Assembly (NCBI GenBank): GCA_051294905.1
Contig: CM119371.1
Coordinates: 9,674,001 to 9,738,000, forward strand
DNA from: Botryllus schlosseri
Taxonomy: Eukaryota
DNA: 64,000 nt
Direction: 5' to 3'
In this document: in pieces, positions 39,901-52,140 of the stretch
How the letters are laid out: each line of letters opens with the position of its first letter
Position numbering within the stretch: position 1 is the first letter of the stretch
Position numbers and translations under genes: made by a program
The notes under the pieces: model-generated
What the model was told of the DNA's origin: nothing
Seen by the model: only the letters and a program-made list of their open reading frames with translations
The model's database searches: none

Positions 39901-41060
39901 ATGTTAGCCTAAACTTCACTATAAGTTGGTAAGTCGTGGCGCGGTAATGGCTGACGCCATAATCCCGATTTCTCTAAATCATGCGTATTTCTCGGAGAAT
40001 GGCACCTAAGAAGCAAGACATTTAGTGACACTAAAACGCGCCATGCGCGTAAAGAAATTTGAAAACTGTTGGAAAAAGTTTCAAGAGATACGCTATGATT
40101 TATGCGCATTTGCAAAATAATATTGGGCCCTTTTCAAGCTCGGCCCCACTCCAATTTGGCGGCTTCGGGTGCCCCCGTTATGGTCCTGCACAATACGAAT
40201 GAATCGAAAATGAATGATCACGCAAACTGCGCTGTTTAGCGATGTGTCAACTCGTATACGTACTGCACTTGTCGCTCGCATGTCGTCAAAGGAGACGTCT
40301 TGAACTTATAGTCAAATCGAACATGTTTCCAGCCCTAATATTATATCACGAAGTTCTGAATCAGTTCAAAATTTGATGTTGTATTTATTTTATCAATGGA
40401 CAAGCCTTCAACATTGCATCTTGAAAGTAAGGGATAAAATTGTAATATACCTGACAGACCGGCAAGAATGTTGTCGCGGACCGGCGGTTGAGAACCACTG
40501 ATATATAGTACTTTCACAAACAAGCACAGGTTACTACTTATGAATAAACTACTTATATTCTATAATTTCTTTTCGAATTAGTAGCTGTGGGATAAGTTTG
40601 CATCGCTTTTATATGATGATTTGTCATAAGAACTGCGTGAAATAGACCACTGTATATGGTAGCTGAATATACTTTCGATTGTTCCTCCTTTTTATAGCTC
40701 TACTAGTCATTTTACTTTAGACGCGTCTAGCAATTTCAAAAGTAGCCACATCCGAGTAACTACTCATAGTATGCAACCATTCACAAAAGATATCCTTCGA
40801 GCCCCTTACTTTACTGAATAATTTTCAAATCTGTCACTCGTTTTTCCACTTTAACCGTCCTTGACATATGATGGAAATTTACCGGTAATTACGCAGAAAT
40901 TCACCTTGCTACTTCTACTTCTGCTTAAGTAGCAACGCTGACTATACGTAGAGGTTGGCCACATTTGCTTATAACGGTCACATCAGACCTCATATCTAAA
41001 ATATTACCTCAGTTGTGTTCACTGATTCATATATCGGTCAAATGTGGTTTGAATGCTCAC

Positions 41061-41259
41061 CTGCAGGTGCATCCTTCGGAATTATCTTCGGAATTAGGAG
41101 AATTCCGTGCTAGTAATATTGATAAAGTAACCAGAAATGCAACAGTTGAGCACAAGGTGGTTATTCTCCAAACATTCATCCAATTTCTCTTCTTAGGCTC
41201 CTGTGCTATATTGACATTGTCGTATGACTGATTTATCCTTGGCTTTGTAGCAAGGCCAA
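41061..41259 (-). CDS. Intelectin-like gene, exon 2 (tail, hydrophobic segment, stalk)
   Basis: Open frame FGLATKPRINQSYDNVNIAQEPKKRNWMNVWR-ITTLCSTVAFLVTLSILLA-RNSPNSEDNSEGCTC; ttacag acceptor and CAG|gtgagc donor; ends in phase 2, matching the phase-2 start of exon 3. Confidence 0.75.
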
Positions 41260-41388
41260 CTGTAATATTTTATTGTGAGGTTTTTAGTATGCCAACATGG
41301 AAGGACCAGGCATATATGTTTCCCTAACACTTATACTCGAAAAGCACCGATATATGATTTCTCCGTAAGTATAGATGAAAATACTCAC

Positions 41389-41449
41389 ATTTCGTGTAGA
41401 CCTGATTTACTCTGCTCAAAGTTTCTTCGTATGCATGTTGATCTTCCAT
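41389..41449 (-). CDS. Intelectin-like gene, putative coding exon 1 (cytoplasmic tail: MEDQHAYEETLSRVNQVYTK)
   Basis: ATG at 41449 with an in-frame upstream TAG; 61 nt ending in phase 1 at a gtgagt donor, matching the phase-1 acceptor (ttacag) of the next exon across a 129-nt intron. Confidence 0.65.
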
Positions 41450-42800
41450 TTCATAGTCCTATGAGACTACGAAAGTTAAACAAAACACAAAAAGATGAAG
41501 GTTGGTTATGACTAGACGCTAGCTTAGAAAACATCAAATTTCCTGCGACAAAATGTATATCAAATTTCCCCTATTCATACCGACTTGTTTTGCATAACTC
41601 CCCATGCAATTATTCCCACGAGTATCGAAAGTGTTCAAGAAAAACGAATCATTCAACTATATGTGGTGTCGCAAATACGACCACCAGGTTTATCTGCTCT
41701 GGTAGCATAGATATGAAATGATATCATAGTAATAGACGGCAAATCTGTAAGTAATCCTACAATGCAATTTGGTCTGGATCGATCGACCAATATTTTATGT
41801 CTTCGCTATCCGCTTGAAACTAAGATTGCAGTGTACTAATAATGTTGACTGCCCAGCGTTTCCCTACCATAATATATCGTTTCATCAAGTCCGTGAACAA
41901 ACCGGGAATTCCTATGAATACACATCAATAATATTTCATCATTCATAATTGGATATGAGGGAGAGGTATGTTGATGTAAGGACACAGTTCGATAATACGA
42001 ATATGATGCAGACTATAAATATTAACCGGAATTCGTACCATGGAATGAGGGGGAAATGATGTCATTGACTATTTCCTGTACAAAATTGTGTTTGTTAGCT
42101 TGTGGCCCACATATCACATATGAGGGTCAATATGTCTTATGTCTCTAAATCAGTGCTTTTCAACCTGTGTGACGGTTTGCACTAGTCCGAATGAAAAAAA
42201 TTTCAGTGCGAATGACAAGCATCATGCAAATGAAAAATCCGGATGAGCGCGAATAAAAATTATCCATGTTTTTCACTTTTTCCGACGTGGAGTAATTTAA
42301 ATGAATGTAATTAGTTATTAAATACAGTGAGCCCGTAACTTTTGTCGTTTGGAAGCAATTCTAGAAACTTGTTGGTAGCTATAGACTTTTCTAGTTCACA
42401 AGTTAGGAACGCTACCCATCCCTGTATATTGCAAAGTTTGAGAGAACAGTTCCGAGCGAGAGGATTACGTCACTGCCTGGAAAATAGTAGTGGAATCAGT
42501 ATCACTGTTGCTCGGAAACATCCGCCGCGTACGGACCTTGTAGGAATGTAGGCAATAGTAGCCGATGCCAGTGTTGACATTTGGCATATTTGATTGCAAA
42601 CTATTGGAATTTTGGCACATATTTATGTTCGTTAACAGCAGAATTTTGCGTTTCTTCAACTATAACAATTAGCCCATTAGATCTATAACAAGTGTTGTTT
42701 AATCGTGTACCAAACCAAGGATTAGAGGCTGCTAAAAATAACATTAGTGCAAGCACATTGGTTACGTCCGATGAATATTTATCTTGCATTACGTCGAGAT

Positions 42801-44426
42801 AGGGGTCACTTCTCTTTAGAAATGAATTTTACAGCTGTTCACGTTTAGGGTCATAAATTTCCAACAGTAGATACCAGCCCGATGATCCATATATTGTTGG
42901 AAAGAGCAGGGAATTTCCTTCCAGAATATGGTCTGTATGGTCTGTATGTTGAACCATGGGCATATACCCTAACGATTCACAAACTCAAAAATCGATGAAA
43001 ATTTTCACCACCCGTCCTAAAAATCCTAAAAATTCAGAAGACCCTTGAAATAGTCCGTCCAATATTGGTACAGTGATAGTACATACATATGTCTATAAAA
43101 TGATTGAGGGATTTTCAAAAAAGGTTTTCTAACAAAATCTAAAAATTTTCCAGCGAACCCTAAATTTTGATTATTTTCAAAATTATTTCCTCTGTAAAAA
43201 TTTCCATGGTCAAAAGTTCGAGAAAACGCTCAATCACTTTATTATATATACCCTAACCATCATTCGTGCTAAATTTCAGATGAATCCGACAAGCAGAAGC
43301 GGAGCAGATACAATTTTTGTTAAGAAAAAGTCTTTTTGAGAAAAACGCGTTTAAAAAAGTACAACCACAATAACTTCGAAAATCAACGATATGAACCCTG
43401 CTCTTGTCATCAATGGTCACATTAGTTGATTTACATCATACAGTGAACCATATTTAACACAACCTGAGTAGTAATAGCCGTCATGCACATATTTAGATGT
43501 GTCTAAGGACTCTCGAACTGTTAGACAGCGGTAGAGCGGATGCAGTCTTTCTTTCTTTTAGTCTTTTGAAACCAGTTCGATTTCTGCGACAGTGTTCACT
43601 GGCAAGTTTAGGCTTTCAAGAACCAACTATATCCAATAGTCCAGTTCAGCACTGACAGAGTTACACGTTCTACTGCCACATTTCCAAGGTACATGTTCTT
43701 CCGACACCTTTGCCATATAATCGCACTTTGGTTTTGGGAGAGTCCACAATATGCATCTTTTCAATATAAATATTGTTCTTAACCTCTACATTTCCTTGAT
43801 CGACTCATTCTAGGCTTATTGATAGCTAGAAATGAAAACCAATCCAAGACAACTATCAAAAAACAAATACTACCCAATAATTGTCAGTCATCACTCATCA
43901 TTCAATGAATAGAAAAAGATGAAATAGAAAAAACAAACAACCTCCACCTTGACTGTTTGCTTGGTAATGAATCAGTGAAGCAGCCAAGTATATGGAAGCA
44001 GACATGCTAGAACACGTATTCATCGAAAGACAATAAATACTACCCTATATTTTCAGTTATCAGTCAACAAATCAAAAAATAAATGAAAAAACAACCTCAC
44101 CTCTCGTGTTTACTGAATCAGTGGAGCAGCCAAGTTTATGACGGAAGACCGGCTAGAACACTTATTTCAAGCACTGTACAACATAGATCTCACCAGGTAG
44201 CGTTATTTTCACCAGCGAAGGTGAATGTTTGATTAGAATGACCGCAACTGCAGCAAAAGTTGGGCTGTAATCATTTTTTTAATAAAATGGGCCCCAAAAG
44301 AAGATAATTTTAAATAAGAATGAGTTGGAATAGCATAAAAATAATGACTTATTTAGAAAGAGCGTGAAAATTCCGTTCTAGATCGACGAAAACAAAAAAA
44401 AATATTTCTAAAGAGAAGTGACCCCT
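42801..44426 (-). mobile_element. Kolobok-like DNA transposon derivative
   Basis: 23-bp perfect TIR aggggtcacttctctttagaaat; minus-strand remnant at about 43520-43740, QNQSAIIWQRCRKNMYLGNVAVE, resembling Kolobok (Mutator-like) transposase TQN.NES....IW..CPK; TTAA TSD not preserved. Confidence 0.72.
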
Positions 44427-45180
44427 TAGTCACTGGGCAGCTTATCTGCTGATCATTGCAATAGCCTGTTTGTAATGCGAACTCTACGATGTAGGCTTAG
44501 ACGCTCTTTCCTGTTCTTGTACTGATGATCTCAGGCCAAGTCTAGATCGTAAAGGCATAGACATGTATTGTATATAATTACCTGGTGATCCCGCTAAGCT
44601 TGCTGATCCTGAGGAAAAGTTTGCCTGGTTTGTATTGGTACCCCCTTTGTACTACAAACTTTGTAATGTTCCGAACTCTACCGATTTAGCTTGAGCGTAG
44701 GAGCAGTGCTCATTTATCGCCCTCTGAAGAGCAAAATCAAATTCACCAAGCCGTACGTCTTACAATATTCCTTCTACAGATTGATTTAGGCCTAATTAGC
44801 ATGTTTAAACTTATTACTCTTTGTGTATACAGATATGTTAGATCAGTGGTTCTCAACCTTTTTTGTCTTCACTGACCCCCGCGGACCCCGACATGTTTTC
44901 GTTCAAAATTAGCTCAATTATCGTGCAATCGTCGTCTGTCTCGTGAAAATATTTATTGCATGCTAGCGATAAAATGCCACAAAATGACATATATCTATTA
45001 GACTTATATCAACGACAGCAGTAATATTTTTATTTTAATATTATTAATGATGATTTTTAAGTGGCGCGTGTCGCCGTTTCCGGCCTTGTGCACCACGGAC
45101 AAAATATGTTATCAAGGATCGAGTTTTGGTGCTCTGGGACATAGGCTTATAATAAGTTTCAAACTATATAAACTTTCAAA

Positions 45181-48100
45181 CTATATATACAAGTTACATG
45201 CAATAATAAACTCGGCGACCGGCGTAAATAATTGCGGCATAGTGAGTAAATTGGTTAAAGTAAGCGGTACATTGAGCGTGGTACAAGCGTAGGCAAGAAA
45301 TGTTCGGTGAAAGTCATATTTTTCGCAATGCAAGAGTATGTGGTCAACCGTGTCGGGGACGTAACACACATTACAAAGGGGGGAGTCGGCGCAACCTATT
45401 TTGAATAGGTGAGCCGCCAGGCGACAGTGACCGGTTTGGAGGCGAAACAGGATTTTTTCAAATAGGCGATTTCGGCAGGAATCTGGCGCCTCTGTTGCTA
45501 TAGATGGTCGCAACATCCGGTAGTGGTGCCCTCTCTCCTCTGCAGTGAACTCGGCCTGCCATTGGTCTCTGCAGAGCTTTCGGGTGACCGCTTTCGCCTC
45601 TGATAATGTTACGGTTGGGATATCGATACCGGGTTCCCGCGATTGACTTGATGCAGCCCGAGCTAGTTGGTCAGCCTTCTCGTTGCCCTCTATTCCGGCG
45701 TGACCTGGTATCCAGGCAAATGTTACCATGCCACCCGTGGTCTTTATCTGTGAAAGAATATCAAATGAGAGATATATTTCCTTATGCGGCTTACGGGTAT
45801 GCGGGGATGACAACGCCCTCAGGGCCGCCAGGCAGTCGGAAAAAATCACATAGCGTCGATTCGTGGAGCTGCTGTGTTGTAGTATCCACATCATCGCGAA
45901 GACTATAGCTTTCAATTCGGCTGAGAATGAGGAAGATAGAGTCGGGCAAGCCCGATTATAGCAATACGAATATTCTGGGACGTAGACCCCAAGTCCAGCA
46001 CCATATTCAGTCTTTGAACCATCAGTAAATATATGGACGTGTTCGCCAAATCTTTCAAAGATAAAGTCGAGACATCTACATTTGATGTACTGGGGTACGT
46101 CCTGTTTCGAGACTAACCTAGATAGGTCGATATCAACGCATGGAATCGGTAAATCCCACGGAGGGGAAGGGGAATCGAATCGCTCGATCACCATGTTTTC
46201 AAAACAAGCTGCCTTCGTTAGCGTGTTAAAAGTATTGAATCTCGGATTTATAACACGATATATTTCATGCCACGAGTCTTCGATAATGTGCCGAGATGAG
46301 TGGCTGCTCGCTGGATGACTAAGCAGAAGACATCGGTAGTTTAGGCTTAGGTATCTATGGCGAATGTGCGGAGGCATTTCGCAACAGGATGCTTGCAATG
46401 CGCAAATCGGTGTACTATGCATAGCTCCGCAGATAATTCGAAGTGCCTTGTTTTGGATTTTCTCCACCTTCACCAGGTGGGATTTCGGGGCGAAGAAGTA
46501 TGCTGGCATTCCATAATCGGTAAGTGATCGTATCATTGTCCTATAGATTATCAGTAGCGAACTCTTGCCAGCGCACCACGAGGTTCCAGTCAGAAGACGC
46601 AAAGCGTTCAATCTGTTGCTACATTTCTTCTCGAGATACTCTATATGGCATTTATATGACAACAATTTATCGAAAACAACCCCAAGATATTTAAAATTGT
46701 CTACAAAGCTGAGTTGCGTGCCGCCGATACGTAGAGACACGGATGGCAGTGATCGCTTTCTTGTGAATAGCATCGCCACCGATTTCGTGTGCGATATTTT
46801 GAAACCCCACTGTTTACACCACAGTTGAATCGATGTTAGGGCTAACTGGACCGCAGAGATGTTGGATTCCACGGATAATCCACTTTCCCATATAGCACAA
46901 TCGTCCGCGAATAATGCATGCTCACACTGAATAACTGTAGGAAGGTCATTAATCATCACGGAGAAGAGTAATGGCGAAATAACGCAACCTTGGGGTAAAC
47001 CATTTTCTAGAATGTGATATCGCGACAACGAGCTACCCACGCGGACTTGGAAGGTTCTGTTTTTTAGAAATTCTGAGATCCACCTAAGCATGTTTCCTTT
47101 AACCCCCATTTGTGACAGCTTGTGGATGAGGCCAGTTCGCCAAACCATGTCGTATGCTCGTTCTATATCAAGAAAAACTGCCGCCACCGATCGTTTATTA
47201 TGTAACGCTTTATAAACAGTGTCATGGACTCTCAGAATATGGTCGAGCGTGCTGCGACCATGGCGAAAACCCGATTGACATCTATTTAGCAGATTCTTGG
47301 ATTCCAAGTACCATCGTAATCTGTTCGTGACCATAGTTTCCATAATTTTACTGATGTGACTTGTGAGTGAGATGGCGCGATAGGACTCCGGCCTAGTTGA
47401 CTCCTTGCCTGTTTTCAAGATTGGGGTGACGATGGAGTGTTTCCAGGCCCCCGGAACGCATCCTGTTCCCCAAGAGCTATTTATAAGGGCAAGAAGCTTG
47501 ACAACAGCAGCGGATGATAGACGTTTGATCATTGCATAGCAGATGGAGTCATCTCCGGGTGCCGTGCTTTTGCGTGACCGTAATGCAACATTAAATTCTT
47601 GTAGCGTAAATGGTCTATCGAGAGGACTATTTAGATTATTTTCATTAACCATGTCGCTGATGGGGTGTGATTTTTCGAAATCGGTTTTCGTGAGCAGGAA
47701 GTCAGGGTCGTAGTTTTCGGAGCTGCTAACGGAAGCGAAAGTCGATGCCAGCATATTTGCCTTGCTCAAGTCGCCGATGGCGTTACTGTTATTCGAGATA
47801 AGAGATGGTATAGACATGGAGCTGTATTTACCCGAAATCGAACCAATCGTTTTCCAGACCTTCGCTATTCCCGAATGACTGTTGAGGGTATCGCAGAAAC
47901 GTTCCCAACTTAAGCGTTTTGATCGCAATATAGTTCGGCGACATTCGGAGCGGCGTTTTTTATATTCTATGACGTCACGCGTGGTGAAACTACGTTTCAT
48001 CATTTTGAAAGCTGCTCTTTTGCGGCGGATGGCGCGAGCGCATTCCGGTGTCCACCACGGTACTGGGATCTTGTCTGTGGATCTAGAGCGCGGAATGGTT

Positions 48101-48918
48101 TCGGTGGCTGCGCGATTTAAAGCGTCGACAAAAGTGGAATTTAATGTTTCCACATCATCCTCGAGTACACCCGCCAGCGAATCGTCGACACATATTGAGA
48201 ACCTCTCCCAATCAGCTTTCCCAAGCAACCACTTCTGGGGTCTAGGCGAGGAGCGAGTTATTCTGTCATTGATTGTTGTAAAGATAACAAAATGATCGCT
48301 TCCTATGAGGGTGTCGGAAACGGAAGTGTTGCATCGCGCGGCAATATCACCAGAGGCTACGGTCAAGTCCAAAAGAGACCACCTGTTTACTGCCGTTGTG
48401 GAGATGTTCAGACGAGTGGGCTGGGATGAGTTCAGCAAAACCAGGTTGTGTTGGTCGAGGGAATCGTAGATCGCTTTGCCTCTGGCGTTCAAGCAGTGGC
48501 TCCACTGTAGGTGGTGGGCATTGAAATCGCCGCAAATGAGTGACCGAGAGGAAAAGTGACGTAGGCATGCAAGATCGTTGCTGCCGATAACAACGTCGGG
48601 GGCCATATAAACGTTACAAATGTTTATTTATTCCGCTAACGTTAACGCATAACATTTCAAAACACGCCGATTGAAACCATAGCCAATCGAGGATGACAAT
48701 GACTCGTGCACAAATGTGACGAGGCCACCGGAGTGTTATGTCTTATCTCGTCGATACAGATGGTATCCCCGTAGCTTCGGGGAGTATTTCGCAACGAGGT
48801 GCGTCTCTTGAATGAGTATAACATCCGGTTTAATGGTTAGGGTGGATACAAATTGTTTGAACTCGTTCAATTTTCTATATATGCCGCGACAGTTCCATTG
48901 GAGAATAGAGAGTGTTCT
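45181..48918 (-). pseudogene. LINE ORF2: APE endonuclease, RT, RNase H, C-terminal CCHC
   Basis: ILQWNCRG, IQETHL, GDFNAHH, GSDHF (APE); GLPQG, FADD (RT); FTDGSK, SAELKAI, FSDC, WIPGHAGIEGNEKAD (RNase H); CNVC..DTVDHILLHC. 1141 aa open from 48606; two in-frame stops between about 48625 and 48740 disrupt the endonuclease. Confidence 0.95.
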
Positions 48919-51042
48919 ATTGAACTTTGCTGCCTTGCGAGACCGGAGAAGATTTATCGACGGAGGGATCTGATGTGTTTGATGCTTGCTGCAATAGATC
49001 GGATTCGACAGAGTAGCCGAAGTATTTACTCGATGCCTTAGCCACGATGTCGAAGATGTTGCTGTTTCCAGTTTTGTATGCTGATACCGTTAGCTGTACA
49101 ACCTCCGCAACAAGCGACAATAGCTGAATTGGGTTGATATTCAAGCTGGACATGGATGTGGTTTGTTTCTGTCGATCTTCACTAATTTGGCTGGGTACGA
49201 CAGTTGAGTTTGAGAGATATCTAAGGTCGCCGTCGTTAGGGGCGGGTGAAGTATAACAACTTGGTTCCTTATTGTTTGTTGAAGACCGGGCTGTAGTTTT
49301 ACGACGATGATGCACTTCGGAATACAGTGTCTTAGCAGAGGTGGTCTGAGAGGTTTCAGAGGTTCGAGATCGTACGATTTCCTTCGCCTCTGTGAAAGAC
49401 ACGTTTGTGCGTTCTTTAACAATTTGAATTTTAGCTTCCTCTTTGTAGACGGGGCATCCTCCATACCCTGCGCTATGCGGTTGGTTACAATTAACGCATT
49501 TTTTCAAGTTAGGGCAATCCTTGTATTCGTGATCACGACTGCTGCATTTCGCGCAAGTAAGTTTACCGCGGCACGAATTCGCGGTGTGACCGAAGCGGTT
49601 ACATTTAAAGCACCTAGTCGGGGGTGGATTATAATGTATTGTCCTAAAGCGAAGATATCCGATTGAAATGAATTCTGGCACTTCCTTGGTACTAAAACAA
49701 AGTAACACCGAGAGACTGTCGGAGACTCCGTCTTCTGGCCTTCTCTTCTTGAGTCGCTTGGCGTAAGTTACATGATAGGTGGCGAAGCTGTCCAATAACT
49801 CGGCGTCCGTTACGTCTAATGGAACACCCGTAATTACAGCTCTGCTGGCGAACGGCCTCGGTGTAAATTTCGACGTTTCGATTGGGATATCGGTATGCGT
49901 CACTGGGTCGCTTAGACTACCGCATGACAACAACTGCGTAACCTGCTTGTGATTGTGACAGGTGATGAGCAAAGAACCGGATTTGTGAAGAGGTTTGATG
50001 TCTTGATAATTGGTGATCAACGCGGACAACGCCCTGTTCACCACTGTTGGGTGATAGCGCAGAATAGACCTTTGTTGTCCTAAAATCACCACTTTCCTAT
50101 CTATGTTATTTTCGTTGTTATCGGGAACAATGCTGGTTTGTGCCGCTGGCGGAGAAACTGTGTTTGCAGGAGGTCGGGAGACACTCCCGGACGTGGGAGA
50201 ACAAACAATATTTGCATTAACATTAGTAGTGCTAGTTTGTAATACAGAATTCTCATCCGCTACTGCATACTTTCGAGCGGGGATTTTGCTCCCACTCGGT
50301 TGAAGCCGGTCACTAACGCCATCACTAGGCTCGTCACTATCCGATGATATAGGATCGGTCGGTTTACGCCAGGGCTGGCCAACCTTTTCGGCCAAAGGAC
50401 CACATTTGATCGACGAACTTTTGTGCGGGCCACTATCCGCGCGAAGCGCGAAAAAAATTTGAAGTTCATAGGTCAATAATATTGTCACTTGACTATATTG
50501 CGGGCCTGCTGTATATCGCTGGGCTAAGTTTCCGAGGACTGGGCTATTCGGTGCATGGACAGATCGATATCGAAAGCTGTGACCAACATGCGTCAATCAT
50601 TTCGTGCCTAGGTTTCATGGTCGACGGTCTTACTGCGAGCGCAAACGCAAGGTCGCATATGTTGAACGACACTTTGTCTCGTAATCGCGAATATAGTTGG
50701 ACTCAATCTGATACATTAGGTGTTCTTCCATTTTCACTGAAGGGCAACAATATTAAAAACAAGAAATCGAGTGACAACATATTGCGCTAAGCTTGTAGAA
50801 AATTTTTACCTTGATAAATCTATCGCAAATTATTCTGATCTATTGTAGTGTACGAAGATATACCAATATGTGAATGGCTGATGGATCTGTCAATGCGTTG
50901 GAACTGATATGTTAGTCATCACATCTCAAGTATTGCGGCCGGACTAATCAAATTTTTGGTTGGCCACTCAAAACCTTCTCGCGGGCCACAGGTTGGCCGG
51001 CCCTGGTTTACGCTTTGCCCTCGTATGTTGTATGCCCTCCAT
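48917..51042 (-). pseudogene. LINE ORF1 (gag-like, three zinc knuckles), interrupted by a MITE
   Basis: CFKCNRFGHTANSC, CAKCSSRDHEYKDC, CVNCNQPHSAGYGGC; removing 50370-51005 plus one TSD gives the start MEGIQHTRAKRKPTDPISS from the ATG at 51042. Confidence 0.93.
50370..51005. mobile_element. hAT (Charlie-type) MITE inserted in LINE ORF1
   Basis: TIR cagggctggccaacc / ggttggccggccctg; perfect TSD gtttacgc. Confidence 0.95.
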
Positions 51043-52140
51043 TTACCACGCTGTGGTAGAGAGGGAGCTACCTCTTGAACCCTCTATGTATATTGACCTA
51101 TCTATCTATTTGTTATACGTAACACCTGAATGAATAGCACTTTTCTACACTACACTGCGTACTAGGCTATAGTACAATGAAACGATCTCACCGCTGATTC
51201 TTCAAGTCGAGCGCCAACCCCGTGCATTAATCAGAGCTACCTCGAGACGTCCTCACTCGACGAAGGTCGGATCGGAATGGGAGCAGTAATATTTGCGAGA
51301 CCGGGATTTTGTACCAGAAAATGGCAACGTCTTGTCTTGCCAGACGATGCAGTACAAGAATGCTAATAGACCCACCACTCACCACTCCACCATCATTGCT
51401 GCGATCGCACTACTTGCAACACATGATAGAATGATATAAATGCTTTGCACCAGTTGACTGTAATCTGACTAGTGGAACCACTGGCAATTTAGTCAAGAAA
51501 GATTCAACAGCGCTTCACATATTTGCACCATTTTCCATGTCACTCGCGTTCCAAAGTTTGTAAACCAAAACCACCGCCTCAAACAACATCCATTCGCGCG
51601 GGACATGCAATTTTTATACAATAAGGATGACGTTTGAGAAACATCATGTTCGTTCACTGCGAACAATATGTAGAACTGGGTATACCCGTACATATCCGTT
51701 GTATTGTGTTGTGAATGTGAATGAATATTGAGGGACAATTATTGCTGTGACTACATATCGTCGTTGAAATCGAAACAATGGTGGCTTTGGTGACATCATT
51801 ATGATATAATACAGGGTAAAAGTGTGCCGAAGTGCTGTTCCATTCACTGTGAATAATGCAAACGGACACACGCAATATTTCGTTGCATTGTTTTTTGCGA
51901 TATCATTGAATATTTTTGTGAATACTTGTTCCTACTACATTAGTTGTTCGTATTCAAACAATACCGCAATATATACAATGAGTAATAGTAGCATGTCAGA
52001 GCGTGTTTCACTATCTGATTGCATAGAGTTTCTTATCATATAGCTGTTTAAATCCATTTGCTTTATTCTATCCACGAAATGCACACTTTGAACGTACGTC
52101 AGTTGCGCCAAAAAATCGTCAATTCTTCCCCGCTTATAGT

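Larger units (their letters stand above)
45030..51281 (-). mobile_element. Full-length non-LTR retrotransposon (I group, RNase H-containing LINE)
   Basis: 13-bp TSD agcagtaatattt (45017-45029, 51282-51294); 5' end CCCATTCCG; ORF1 + ORF2; short 3' UTR with gtggtgca...gcgccac stem followed by an A/ATC/TAA-rich tail. Confidence 0.95.

Noticed and set aside
45606..50303. Plus-strand ORFs opposite the LINE
   Set aside because: Antisense shadows of the LINE coding sequence with no independent motifs.
50370..50596. N-terminus of the 559-aa ORF
   Set aside because: Derived from the inserted MITE; the real ORF1 start is at 51042.
44844..51483. A hAT element enclosing the LINE (cagtggttctc ... gaaccactg)
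   Set aside because: No matching 8-bp TSD and only a short terminal match; the right-hand sequence is not convincingly a TIR.
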